Assembly (NCBI GenBank): GCA_964016885.1
Contig: OZ024742.1
Location: 285,076,001 to 285,140,000, forward strand
DNA: 64,000 nucleotides
Origin: Eledone cirrhosa
Lineage: Eukaryota
Reading direction: 5' to 3'
Shown here in pieces: positions 27,688-49,459 of the stretch. Made by a program: the position numbers and the translations under genes. Every line of letters starts with the position of its first letter. The stretch's first letter is position 1. The notes beneath the pieces are model-generated. The model was not told where the DNA came from and did no database searches. It saw nothing but the letters and a program-made list of their open reading frames with translations.

Positions 27688-27989
27688 CAGTGTTTCTCAA
27701 ACTATCTGATCTGGTGGACCGGCATTTTTTTTTTCAATGTGCCATGTACCGCTAATATTTTGTAGTAATATTAATTTATACCAGAAACGATATATATAAT
27801 GAATATAATAAAAGTTGACCATTTTTTTATCTTCTATTTATTTTGTAAACAAATAATACAATATCAAAACATAAAAAAGTAATAAAAAAAATTCCTCAAA
27901 TGATTCCTTAGCATGGCCTGGCCGCGTACCGGTAGCTGATGGCTCGTGTACCGGCACCGGTCCACGGACCACCACTTTGAGTAGCACTG
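27688..27989. mobile_element. hAT (Charlie-like) MITE, 302 bp, with a perfect 8-bp target-site duplication
   Basis: TIRs CAGTGTTTCTCAAA / TTTGAGTAGCACTG; ACCTAGAG at 27680-27687 and 27990-27997. Confidence 0.92.
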
Positions 27990-28005
27990 ACCTAGAGTAC
28001 ACGGT

Positions 28006-28345
28006 GGATGCAGCATAGCTGAATGGTTAAGTTCACTTCAAAATCATTAGGTCCTGGGTTTGATTCCATTGTGTTGCATCTTGGGCAAATGTCATATACC
28101 ATAGCCTTGGGTTGCCCCAGGTCTTGTGAATAAAATTGGATAGACAGAAACCCTTTGAAAGCCCATTGGGTGGACTGTACTTGTAATTTAATGAGCCAGT
28201 CTTATCACACACTATGTGACGCTGAAAATTAAATTAAGGGTAGACATGCCTGCGGAATGCTCATTCACTTGCATATCATTTTCATGTACATGCTGTTCTG
28301 TTCATCTTTAACAATTGAAACATTCGTCAAAACCGGTAGCGCTCC
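28006..28345 (+). mobile_element. Degenerate tRNA-derived SINE, second family
   Basis: A-box-like TAGCTGAATGG and B-box-like GGTTTGATTCC followed by CTTGGGCAAATGTC; no cloverleaf. Confidence 0.65.
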
Positions 28346-28733
28346 ATTCCTGTGACCACCCAATACCAAACACAATATTATGAAATTTAAGGAACTTCAA
28401 AGGACAATTACATTCAAAGGAAAAGAAATAGCACGAATAGTCTTGATTACTAAAATTGCCTAAGAATATATTCTCTCTAGCATTGTTTGGAATGCAACAA
28501 TATGCAAAATATACTTTTAGTACTCCTCAATATTTTTCAGCCTTAAATTTACGATATTTTAAAGCCTGAATTTATCCCATTTTAAATACTGTCACTCACT
28601 GAATCTTTGTTCCACACGATATTTTACGTTATATAGTTTGTTGATATAATTTATATTAGAAGATATTGTCTTCTACACCTCAGTATACAGGAGTTAGTGT
28701 TGCTGAAGATGAAGAAAAATTCTGAAATATATA

Positions 28734-28800
28734 TCTATACAGCACCCTTACGCGGGTAATAAGATAGCTGTGATAGCGTCACAGCGAGACTTTATGCTAG
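28734..28800 (+). mobile_element. Possible minimal non-autonomous Helitron (67 bp)
   Basis: A|TC 5' end, CTAG|T 3' end, hairpin GCTGTGA-tagcg-TCACAGC (28767-28785) ending 15 nt before the terminus. Confidence 0.45.
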
Positions 28801-29145
28801 TTTATTATATATAAACACATTGTACATTGGTCCATATATTTTGAACCATGCTTTGTTAATGTTATAGCTAAGTATATATATTTAATGAATGGTATGAATG
28901 CAGTTAAGTGAAAATATAGGACTCTATAGTGGTGTAGAGTCAATATTCACACAAAAGAGGTTTTCCATACATGTTATTAATTGATTTTTCAAGTAACCGT
29001 TGAAGTAGTTTCTCTCTCACGAGAAACAAATATAAAAATTAGGTTAGAGTTATCTCCTCGTATTTTCTGAACAAAAACGTCGAGCTTATTAAAAGAGGGC
29101 GGTAGTCATGCAAGTAAACAGTCACGCTTCCGCCTTAGTTGGAGA

Positions 29146-29258
29146 ATGGCTGATTTCGATACTATATACCAAGAAGACGATGCTGAGGTACCTCTAGAAG
29201 AATTTATAATCACCGTTCCCGATCCAGTAGTAATTCGAGGGGCAGGAAATGTCACGAT
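29146..29258 (+). CDS. CHIC2: Exon 1 of a cysteine-rich hydrophobic domain protein (CHIC1/CHIC2 family)
   Basis: Translates MADFDTIYQEDDAEVPLEEFIITVPDPVVIRGAGNVT, closely matching the recalled vertebrate CHIC2 N-terminus MADFDEIYEEEED...SPDPVVVRGSGHVTV; phase-2 donor GTAAGT at 29259; later exons not found in the window. Confidence 0.9.
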
Positions 29259-29786
29259 GTAAGTACTATTTCTGTCCCGTGTAACCTTTTCATCATCTGC
29301 TTTATCTAATCAGTCTTCTTCCGAAGCCTTCTGTATATGTACGACAATACCAGACCAAGCCACTGTTGTAATTGAATGTAATTGACACTCTCATCTTCCC
29401 TTCCCTTCTATGTTAATCTGATATAGCCCCGACAAAATACTTGTTTGGGTACTTTTATATGTCATTCAATAGATTCAGTGATTAGTATTTATGTATATGG
29501 TGTTTGTTTTTTTTGTTGTTGTTTTTTGTGTGTGTGAGTGATCTACGTAAAAAGAAAGGGTAATATTTTAAAACGCTTGTTTGTTTTTTCTAAGTTCCCT
29601 GTTTATGATGATTTATCCTGCCTTTCGTGTGGTTAGTCCCAGATCGTCCATAATCAAGAAGACATGATCAAAACATTGTAGCGCTGACCATTCCGCCTCT
29701 TTCCTTGCAAGCATAGTGTATCTTAGGCGATATTACCAAATGTGTCTGATAGAGTATGATTTAAAGGGTATTTTATAAGTGGTGAT

Positions 29787-32562
<2,776 letters not shown>

Positions 32563-32876
32563 ATAGAATGTAGTGTACGGGATAGAATGTAGTGTACGGG
32601 AGAGGAGACTGAGGTGGTATGGACATGTGATGCGCATGGAGGATGACCGATGGGTGAAGAAGTGCCAGGAAATGCCAGTTGAAGGAAGACGTTGTAGAGG
32701 TAGACCACGAAAAACATGGGCGGAGGTGGTGAGAACAGACCTCAGATCATTGAAGCTCACGGTGGAGATGACGAGGGACCGTGACGAGTGGAGAGATGCT
32801 GTGCTGAATAAGACCCGTCCCACCCTTGCAAGCAGGGAAAAGCGGACGTAAAATGATGATGATGATGATGATGATA
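32563..32876 (+). mobile_element. RTE 3' end with (ATG)n tail and a 19-bp duplication at the 5' junction (copy 1)
   Basis: [21 protein letters not shown]...GRPRKTW; ATAGAATGTAGTGTACGGG occurs twice. Confidence 0.92.
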
Positions 32877-33458
<582 letters not shown>

Positions 33459-34060
33459 TATACCAGTGGTGCTACTGGTAACATGTATTCCAGTACAACC
33501 TGTCTCATGGTCGGGTCGTTGGCGACTAAACTGGCAACCCCACCAAGGTTTCTTGGTGAGGAGGGTGACTTTGGACATCCTGCAGGACTAAAAACAAAAC
33601 CTGTCAAAGGGCAAAGGAGCTCTTAAGAGTCAATGGCCATCCAAAATCACCGGGAGAGATGACCCCTTAGCCTTTGTCAAGGCAGAATTCTAGGAGAAGG
33701 AAAACTCTGATATAACACCTGCGACTCTGATGGTATCCAATGATGTTGACTTGTTCTTCTTTTTGGTAAATATCATCTTGGTTAAGAGAGTGGGACTGGC
33801 TTTGTGCAGTGCCTTTGCTCACTATAAAAGCTTCACGGCACAGGCATTGCTTTATATCTGGAGATCTCTCTGCACTTGTCATCACATGGTACCATGGGCC
33901 CAGCACTATGTGTCAATAATTGTCACAAGTGTAGTGTTTGTACCAGAGTTTTCAAGTCGCTGGCTGGACTAAAAAGTCACACTCGTTCGGCGCATCGGTA
34001 GGGGTTCTCCTATATGGATATAAAGTAGTGGCCGTACTCGAAAACGAGTTGGCAGCCACC
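33459..34060 (+). mobile_element. Composite RTE-derived island (copy 1): 5'-UTR-like piece and the 3' end of a BovB-like RTE with a C-terminal C2H2 finger (33915-34001)
   Basis: 33915-34001 translates [28 protein letters not shown]; terminal hairpin CTCG-AAAA-CGAG then TA tail; GGAGAAGGAAAACTCTGA resembles RTE 5' regions (recall). Confidence 0.65.
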
Positions 34061-38376
<4,316 letters not shown>

Positions 38377-38433
38377 ATATATATATATATGTATATATAT
38401 ATGTATATATATATATATATGTATATATATATG

Positions 38434-38464
<31 letters not shown>

Positions 38465-38908
38465 GTATATATATATGTATATATATATGTATATATATAT
38501 ATATGTATATATATATATGTATATATATATATGTATATATATATATGTATATATATATATGTATATATATATATGTATATATATATATGTATATATATAT
38601 ATGTATATATATATATGTATATATATATATGTATATATATATATGTATATATATATATGTATATATATATATGTATATATATATGTATATATATATATGT
38701 ATATATATATGTATATATATATGTATATGTATATATGTATATATATATATATGTATATATGTATATATATATATGTATATATGTATATATATATATGTAT
38801 ATATATATATGTATATATGTATATATATATATGTATATATATATATGTATATATATATATGTATATATATGTATATATATATATGTATATGTATATATAT
38901 GTATATGT

Positions 38909-38948
<40 letters not shown>

Positions 38949-38950
38949 GT

Positions 38951-38990
<40 letters not shown>

Positions 38991-39991
38991 GTATATATAT
39001 ATATGTATATATATATATGTATATATATATATGTATATATATATATGTATATATATATATGTATATATATATGTATATATATATATGTATATATATATAT
39101 GTATATATATATATGTATATATGTATATATGTATATGTATATATATATATGTATATATATATATGTATATATATATATGTATATATATGTATATATGTAT
39201 ATATATATATGTATATATATATATGTATATATATATATGTATATATATATATGTATATATATATATGTATATATATATATGTATATATATATATGTATAT
39301 ATATATATGTATATATATATATGTATATATATATATGTATATATATATATAATGTATATATATATATGTATATATATATATGTATATATATATATGTATA
39401 TATGTATATGTATATATGTATATATGTATATATGTATATATATATATATGTATATATATATATGTATATATATATATGTATATATGTATATGTATATATA
39501 TATATGTATATATTATATGTATATATATATGTATATATATATATGTATATATATGTATATATATATGTATATATATATATGTATATATATATATGTATAT
39601 ATATATATGTATATATATATATGTATATATATATATGTATATATGTATATGTATATATGTATATGTATATATGTATATGTATATGTATATATGTATATGT
39701 ATATATGTATATGTATATATGTATATGTATATATGTATATGTATATATGTATATGTATAAGTATATATGTATATGTATATATGTATATATGTATATATGT
39801 ATATGTATATATGTATATGTATATATGTATATGTATATATGTATATGTATATATGTATATGTATATATGTATATGTATATATGTATATGTATATATGTAT
39901 ATGTATATATGTATATATGTATATGTATATATGTATATGTATATATGTATATATATATATGTATACATATGTATATATATGTATATATATG

Positions 39992-40038
<47 letters not shown>

Positions 40039-40238
40039 GTATATGTATATATATGTATATGTATATGTATATTTATATGTATATATATATATGTATATGT
40101 ATATATGTGTATATGTATATATATATATATATGTATATGTATATATATATGTGTATATGTATATATATATATGTATATGTATATATATATATGTATATGT
40201 ATATATATATATGTATATGTATATATATGTATATATGT

Positions 40239-40280
<42 letters not shown>

Positions 40281-40713
40281 ATATATATATGTATATATGT
40301 ATATATATGTATATGTATATGTATATATATATATATATGTATATATGTATATGTATATGTATATATATGTATATGTATATGTATATATATATATATGTAT
40401 ATATGTATATGTATATATATATATATGTATATATGTATATGTATATATGTATATGTATATATATATATATGTATATATGTATATGTATATATATGTATAT
40501 GTATATTATACATATATGTATATATGTATATGTATATATATGTATATGTATATATATATATATGTATATATGTATATGTATATATATGTATATGTATATA
40601 TATATATATGTATATATGTATATGTATATTATATATATATGTATATATGTATATGTATATATATATATATGTATATATGTATGTATATATATATATATGT
40701 ATATATGTATATG

Positions 40714-40746
<33 letters not shown>

Positions 40747-41120
40747 GTAATGTATATTTATATATATGTATATGTATATGTATATATATGTATATGTATA
40801 TATATGTATATGTATATATATGTATATGTATATGTATATATATGTATATGTATATATATGTATATGTATATATATATGTATATGTATATGTATATATGTA
40901 TGTATGTATATATATATATATATATGTATATGTTATATATGTATGTATATGTATATATATATATATATGTATGTATATATATATGTATATATATATATAT
41001 GTATGTATATATATATGTATGTATATATATATGTATGTATATGTATATATATATATATGTATGTATATATATATGTATGTATATATATATGTAGTATGTA
41101 TATGTGTATATATGTATATG

Positions 41121-41167
<47 letters not shown>

Positions 41168-41235
41168 GTATGTATATATATATGTATGTATGTATATGTG
41201 TATATATATATATGTATGTATATATATATGTATGT

Positions 41236-41266
<31 letters not shown>

Positions 41267-41667
41267 TATATGTATATATATGTATATAATGTATATGTAT
41301 ATATGTATATGTATGTATATATATATATATGTATATGTATATATGTATATATGTATATGTATATATATATATGTATATGTATGTATATGTATATGTATGT
41401 ATGTATATGTATGTATGTATATATGTATATATATATATAAGTATATATATGTATATATATGTATGTATATGTATATGTATGTATATATATGTATGTATAT
41501 GTATGTATATGTATATGTATGTATGTATATATATATATATGTATATATATGTATGTATATATATATATATATATATATGTATATGTATGTATATGTATGT
41601 ATGTATATGTATGTATGTATATGTATGTATGTATATATATATATGTGTATATATGTATTTATATATG

Positions 41668-41698
<31 letters not shown>

Positions 41699-41764
41699 GT
41701 ATGTATGTATATATATGTATGTATGTATATATATTATATGTATGTATATATATATATATGTAAG

Positions 41765-41795
<31 letters not shown>

Positions 41796-41952
41796 GTATA
41801 TTATATATATATATGTATGTATATATATATATGTATGTATATATATATATATATGTATGTATATATATATATATGTATGTATATATATATATGTATGTAT
41901 ATATATATATATGTATGTATATATATATATTATGTATGTATATATATATATG

Positions 41953-41984
<32 letters not shown>

Positions 41985-42139
41985 TATGTATGTATATATA
42001 TATATATGTATGTATATATATATATATATATATATAGTATGTATATATATATATGTATATTATATATATATATGTATGTATATATATATATATGTATGTA
42101 TATATATATATGTATGTATATATAATATATGTATGTATG

Positions 42140-42174
<35 letters not shown>

Positions 42175-42469
42175 ATATATATATATATGTATGTATGTTG
42201 TATATATATATATGTATGTATGTATATATATATATATGTATGTATAATATGTATATATATATATATATGTATGTATGTATATATATATATATATGTATGT
42301 ATGTATATATATATATATATGTATGTATGTATATATATATATATATGTATGTATGTAATTATATATATATGTATGTATGTATATATATATATATATGTAT
42401 GTATGTATATATATATGTATATATGTATATATATATATGTATGTATGTATATATATATATATATGTATG

Positions 42470-42502
<33 letters not shown>

Positions 42503-42613
42503 AATATATATATATATGTATGTATATAGATATATATATATATGATATATATATGTATGTATATATATATGTATATATATGTATATATATATATATATGT
42601 ATGTATGTATATA

Positions 42614-42645
<32 letters not shown>

Positions 42646-42722
42646 GTATATATATATGTATATTATATATATATATATTATATATATAATATATATGTAT
42701 ATATGTATGTATGTATGTAATG

Positions 42723-42753
<31 letters not shown>

Positions 42754-42774
42754 ATATATATATATGTATGTATA

Positions 42775-42805
<31 letters not shown>

Positions 42806-43490
42806 TATATATGTATGTATATATATATATATATGTATGTATATATATGTATATATATATATGTATGTATGTATATATATATATATGTATGTATATATAT
42901 ATATATATATGTATGTATATATATATATATGTATGTATGTATATATATATATATATGTATGTATATATATATATATATGTATATATATGTATGTATATAT
43001 ATATATTATATGTATGTATATATATATATATGTATGATATATATATATATATGTATGTATGTATATATATATATATGTATGTATATATATATATATATGT
43101 ATGTATATATATCTATATATGTATGTATAATATATATATATGTATGTATGTATATATATATATATATGTATGTATATATATATATATGTATGTATATATA
43201 TATATATATGTATGTATGTATATATATATATATATATGTATGTATATATATATATAATGTATGTATAGTATATATATATATGTATGTATATATATATATA
43301 TATGTATGTATATATATATATATATGTATGTTATATATATATATATGTATGTATATATATATATATATGTATGTATATATATATATATATGTATGTAATA
43401 TATATATATATATGTATGTATATATATATATATATATACTGTATGTATATATATATATTATGTATATGTATATATATATATATATGTATG

Positions 43491-43525
<35 letters not shown>

Positions 43526-43535
43526 TATATGTATG

Positions 43536-43570
<35 letters not shown>

Positions 43571-44079
43571 GTAGTATATATATATATATGTATGTATATA
43601 TATATATAGTATATATATATATATATATGTATGTATATATATATATGTATGTATATATATATATATATGTATGTATATATATATATATATAGTATATATA
43701 TATATATATGTATGTATATATATATATATGTATGTATATATATATATATATGTATGTATGTATGTATATATATATATGTATGTATATATGTATGTATGTA
43801 TATATATATATGTATGTATGTATGTATATATGTATGTATGATATATATATATATATGTATGTATATATATATATATGTATGTATATATATATATATGTAT
43901 GTATATGTATGTATATATGTATTATATATATATGTATGTATGTATGATATATATATATATATGTATGTATATAATGTATGTATGTATATATATATATATG
44001 TATGTATGTATGTATATAATATATGTATTGTATATATATATGTATATATATATATATTATGTATGTATATATAGTATGT

Positions 44080-44145
<66 letters not shown>

Positions 44146-44198
44146 GTATATATATGTATGTATGTATATATTATATATATATATATATGTATGTCATG

Positions 44199-44230
<32 letters not shown>
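38377..44230. repeat. (TA)n/(TATG)n compound microsatellite array
   Basis: Read directly from the sequence. Confidence 0.98.
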
Positions 44231-44233
<3 letters not shown>

Positions 44234-44870
44234 TCATCATCATCATCAACGTTTAACGTCCGTGTTCCACGCTTGCATGGTTTGGACGGGGTAGTCCCAC
44301 TTGAGGCAAGAGTGATTGTCTTGCTCGCATAGGACTGTCTGGCAGGTTTTCTACAGTTGGATGCCCTTCCTAACACCAACCACATTTACAGTGTGGGTCT
44401 GGGAGGTTTTTACCGTGTTGCCTACACCGGCCACATTACAGCGTGGACTGTGTGTTTTTTTGTCGTGACACCTACACGATCTCATTTGTTTCGGCCTCGA
44501 TGGCGCGGCACCAACATAACTTTACATAGAACGGGGTGGTGTGGATGGGGTGGGGTGGCGGCGGGAGGGTGTATTTTGTTAGAGATGCCTACTGGCAAGG
44601 CGGGTCTTCTCTGTTACTGAGTACCGACCCAAAGGTCACGGTCCAGTGACATTGTCTTGGAGAGGTGTAAGTGTGTGAGGTCGGAGTTTATCAGCTCATC
44701 CCATGTTTTTCTAGGTCTGCCTATTCCGTGGCTAAAGTCTATCTTTATTGCCCTGCACTTTGTAATACAGCTATCGACTTTCATGCGCATCACGTGTCCA
44801 TACCAACGCAGCCTTCTCTCGAGTAAAAACAACATCTGATCCCTCTTATCTCTAATTTTTTCCTTAGTTC
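44231..44870 (-). mobile_element. RTE 3' end (subfamily of 1-1532), cut by the gap
   Basis: (CAT)n tail; ORF 44614-44835 [12 protein letters not shown]...GRPRKTWDELINSDL. Confidence 0.9.
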
Positions 44871-45070
44871 NNNNNNNNNNNNNNNNNNNNNNNNNNNNNN
44901 NNNNNNNNNNNNNNNNNNNNNNNNNNNNNNNNNNNNNNNNNNNNNNNNNNNNNNNNNNNNNNNNNNNNNNNNNNNNNNNNNNNNNNNNNNNNNNNNNNNN
45001 NNNNNNNNNNNNNNNNNNNNNNNNNNNNNNNNNNNNNNNNNNNNNNNNNNNNNNNNNNNNNNNNNNNNNN
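44871..45070. other. Assembly gap (200 N)
   Basis: Run of N; the round length suggests a scaffold join of unknown true size. Confidence 0.99.
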
Positions 45071-45074
45071 TCTA

Positions 45075-45610
45075 TCGAATAAATCTACTTTGCATTGTCT
45101 TCAGCGGCATAAATATTAAGCCCTCGTAGAAGGGGCAGTTGACATTTCGACACGTTACTCAAGGCATCATTGCGATCTGTATCACGGCACAAAGCATCCA
45201 TGTTTTGAGTTGAATATTCTTGACAGTGAATTGAATGCAAAATTGTGGTATAATTTCAGGCGTCGAATAAGCAACATGGCCATTTCTAGGATGTGTTCGT
45301 AATTTGGAAATGTACTTACAATATCATACTTTGTGAATACTATCGAAATATTATCATCTTCAGTTATTATAGGACAGTTGTTCCGATTGTATTTTTCAAC
45401 CATAGCTTCTCTTGTAAAACATTGGAGAATCTTTCCGTGTCGTAGATTTGAATATATCCGATTATAAATATCTTCGACATTTCAAAGAGATTCATGTGAT
45501 AACGATCGACCACATAATTGATAGCATGTTTAGTATAACCCAAACACACTCCTAATGCTTTCACTTCACCTATGTCGGGTGAAACGCTCAGCAAAACTTT
45601 GTAGACTGCA
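45075..45610 (-). pseudogene. Frameshifted coding-like segment, possibly death-domain-like
   Basis: Overlapping ORFs 45367-45594 and 45182-45403 join by one frameshift; LLSVSPDIGEVKALGVCLGY..AI..V..RY..NLFEM resembles a death-fold helix pattern. Confidence 0.3.
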
Positions 45611-46003
45611 GTTCATTTTTTAAAAATATGTGGTAATTGTGTTTAGTAGAATTAAGTATCGAGTTAAACACGGAAATAAAAACATCAACCAGTCAACATT
45701 TTCTTACTTCCGTTGAAACTTTTCGCGTTACATTACTTTACCGAGTAACTGGCCTTGTGCCTAAAGTAGAAACAATTACTTTACCGAGTAACTATGAAAC
45801 ACGTCAATCTTGTGAAGATTTAGAATATAATCATCAATAATGTTTTTTTATTATTTATTATAAACAACAAGGAATTGTGTTTAGCTATGGTGTGTCTGTA
45901 AATATTATATTATGGCAATTAACAAAAAGTTCTAGCAAGTAAGCATTCAGTCCGGCTATAATTCTCTCCCCTCTTTCTGTTCAATTTATGTTAATATTAC
46001 CAA

Positions 46004-47276
46004 CATTGTTTCTACTTTTGGCACAAGGCCAGCAAATACCTCAGTGCATTACTGGTTCTATATTTCATCGACCCCGTAAGGATGAAAGACAAAGTTAACC
46101 TCGGCGGAATTTGAAGTTAGAACGTAAATGGCCGTAACTCTACGTCATTAATAATAGTGAATATGAGTATATTTATTTATTTATATATTTGTCTGTCACC
46201 CACAGAAATGAAGATGTCTGAGTAAGGTGGTGACAAACTATAGAAAATAGCGACCAGCGTTCTAAATTCGTTACACTTGTATGTGTAGCGACTTGTCGAC
46301 AAACAGCTGAATTCACATCCCACCGAGGTTAGCTTTACCTTTCATCCTTACGGAGTCAAAAAATAAAGTACCAGTAATGCACTGATGTCGATTTAATCGA
46401 CTTTCTCCTCCTCCCAAATTGCTGGCCTTGGGAAACCATTATTATATATGTGTATATTTATTTCTATATTTGTCTGTCACACAGGTGTAAAATCAGTCGC
46501 CTGAATTTTACAGGTGACTTAATACGACAGCAGGTGATCTCCGACTTGCACTTGATAGGTTTGATGCTGAGTGCTACATGGCTGGAATGAAAATTAAGTG
46601 CTGTAAAACCTGAGACACTCGATCTCTCAATGAAGCCTGTGCAGTGTACTCTACGTGGAGATTGAGTTCCACTGAAGCAGGTGGATAAGTTCGAGTATTC
46701 CAGGGCTGTATTCACGAGTGACAGAAGGCAGGAGGCTGAATTAAGTGCAAGAATTGCAGGAGCTGGTGCCACTGGAAGGAGTGTTTGAGGACTCTGCCCC
46801 CACGACCCTCACAGAAATAAGAGGGTGAAGGAGAAGCCTGTCACTCACTAAAAGGAAGATGACTGAGAAAGGAAGAGCAATTTAAGATACACTTGTGTGA
46901 GTATATGTAGCAAATTGGCTATAATTTTACAGCAAAGAGTTACGTCCCTTTATGGTCTGAGTTCAAATCCCACCGAGGTTAACTTTGCCTTTCATCCTTA
47001 CTGGGGTCGATAAAATAAAGTACCAGTAATGCACTGGGTAATTTGCTGGCCTTGTGCCAAAAGTAGAAACAATTATTGTATAGGCTACAATGCATGGCGT
47101 CTGGTAGAGGGTCGGACGCCATGCATTGTAGCATAGAGTTACGGCCCTTTATGATCTGAGTTCAAATCCCGCCGAGGTCAACTTTGCCTTTCATCCTTAC
47201 GGGTTCGATAAAATAAAGTACCAGTAATGCACTGGGTAATTGCTGGCCTTGTGCCAAAAGCAGAAACAATTATTGT
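46004..47276. mobile_element. Cluster of Nin-like SINEs (46004-46145 -, 46306-46432 +, 46925-47076 +, 47090-47276 +) around an RTE RT fragment (46480-46790 +)
   Basis: SINE core repeated four times; plus-strand LKQVDKFEYSRAVFTSDRRQE resembles RTE RT. Confidence 0.8.
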
Positions 47277-47284
47277 ATAGGCCA

Positions 47285-47870
47285 CACTCCACAGATTCGT
47301 CTGCCCGCAGTCCTTCACTCCTGATCCTAGCGCAAATCTTTTACGCCTTCAACTCTGTGCTGCGACCATATGCTCAAGGCTTGCCTCAGCGATGCCCCGT
47401 CTGCCTACCCCATTGGGACCTCTCCTCTTCGCTCTCGAGGTAGATAGCGTTGGATGGAGCATCACCATTCATCTCAATGTCTGGTATCTGGATGTGGCCA
47501 TGATAGGCAAACCCGCAGTGAGCATCCGTCAGGACCTCCAATCAGTTGTGCTCGCTCTGGTGGAGATCGGCCTTGAGATGAATTCGTCCAAGTTAGAGGT
47601 TGTGAACATCAATTACAACGCAGAGAGCTTTGAAGCCTCCGTCTCGGATGTGCAATCATCACTCCATCAGGTGCAGGTGACCCTCATGGAAGAGGTCCTT
47701 ATCCTCGAATCACCGATCCTCCCGCTTCCATTCACTCTACCTACAGGTTCAGACTACGCCAGCTAGAATCCACGATTAATACACTGAGCCTAATTGACAT
47801 CCAACTAGCACCGTCTGGCATGTTTCTGCTCAGCCTCGCAGCCCCGCAATGGCACCTTGCCTAATGTGCA
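47285..47870 (+). mobile_element. CRE-clade RT fragment
   Basis: ORF 47392-47766 PLGPLLFAL...LNVWYLDVAMIG...IGLEMNSSK (YLDD region). Confidence 0.75.
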
Positions 47871-48384
47871 GTTCCCTCATTGGTGACTGGTACTCAGTTT
47901 GACAGCAAATGTTTGAACATTGATGTTTCCAAGCGGCTCAGCCTTTGCATCAGTGAACCTCACAAATGTTGCTGCGGTACCATTGCGAGCCCCGTGTAGT
48001 GGAGTGGTTGTTTCAGCACATCTCCCCCGCTGTCCTCTGGGATAATGCAATCTCCATCCTGTTGGCCAGCACCCAGAGATGGAAAGCCAGTTAGTTTGTG
48101 GTGGAGGATACATGTTTGGATGGCACTTCAACAACTAAAGTTGACAATTAATACTTGGTTTTGTAACCTTTTAATATATGAAATACTATAATTAGCTGTC
48201 ATTTTTTATGGCATGGGGCCATATATTTTTACATTAAAAAAAGTTTTATTTCATATAATTAATACAGAAAAAGAAAGCAGTATTGGAAAGGACTATAAAT
48301 GCCATAGATGGGAGGAAAGGGAGGAAAAGAGCAAAGACTACTAGACAAAAGAAGAAAGGGGGAAGGGAGTGGGTGACAGACTCT

Positions 48385-49400
48385 ACACCTATGTCAGAGC
48401 AACATGCTGCAACAGCCACCCCACCTCGTGAGATTTTTTTCTCAGACAGGCTGCTATCCATCCGATTTTACAGAGGAGGTCAGCTATCTGGGGTCCGAGG
48501 GCACCTGAGGTCTCGACGACAACTGGTGGCAAAGAGGAAGTGACCTGACAAGCTCCGTTATTTGCTTGTCTTCCTGTAGTCTGCATTGCAAGCCATGGTA
48601 GTGGCATTTGTGGTTGAGGAGGCTCAGTTGGAGGTGGAGAAATGTGTCACAGCATGTCACCTCCCAGAGGGATTTAACTCCTTCGATAGGGAAGAGGGTA
48701 ATTCCATTGAGGCACTTGTCATCACTACGGTCGAGGCCTACTGGCTCCAGTGTGGTGTTGGTCCAATCCACCCGAAAGTAGACCTGCACTTGATTTCAGC
48801 CCAGTTACTGGGGGAGAGAGAGGCCTTTGCCAGTCCAGTCGGCCAGAGCCTGCTCCAGTTCTTCGGTCACCTCAGGCACTACTGTCTTGTAGAGGAGCCC
48901 GCTGATGAGGGTGCAGCTTGAGAAGATTGAGTAGAGATAATCGAGCAGTGCCAAATCTGGTGCAGATCAGAGGCTGTTGAAACTGACATTGCAGATTATT
49001 TCCCCATTATGCTGGATGATGACTTAGAGTTCACCAAGGCAATCTGCGACATGAAGAAAAATTTAGGATGGGCGAAGCAGTTCCTCAGGAGGAAGAGTGC
49101 CGTGTGCACATCAATGAGGCACACACTCTCTGTCATCCTCAACAGGTCTGTTTGCTTGGTCTCCAGGCACTCTCGTATGACTTTAAAGAGAATTGGAGAG
49201 CTGGGAGTGCAGGCAGTGTCTTTAGGCGTTAGCTGAGCCCCAGACAAGACAGGATCGATGCTGAGTACAGCGTTGTGGTATTCGGCTTCACCTTAGCTAA
49301 TATTTATCACCTCAGAGTTGGATGGGTTGATCTCGAGTCCAAGGAGCTTTAGAGCTGGGATAATTAACCGAAGGTCCTCAACTACCATCTCGGTCAAGTA
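48385..49400 (-). mobile_element. CRE-clade RT C-terminus and endonuclease fragment
   Basis: LEPVGLDRSDDKCLNGITLFP..WEVTCCDT; PVVVETSGALG; ALFLLRNCFAHPK. Confidence 0.75.
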
Positions 49401-49459
49401 AATAAAGTGAAACTTGTAATAACATGTGTTGTTTTAATGTTAGAAGACCAATTTTCTTT

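Noticed and set aside
28006-28080. tRNA-like A and B boxes
   Set aside because: No acceptor stem or cloverleaf, and it continues into a SINE body
28697-28745. GTGTTG-CTGAAGA...GAAA...CAGCAC hammerhead-like string
   Set aside because: Stem II closes with a U-U mismatch, helix III is only weak AT pairing, and the 3' part is better explained by the Helitron-like element
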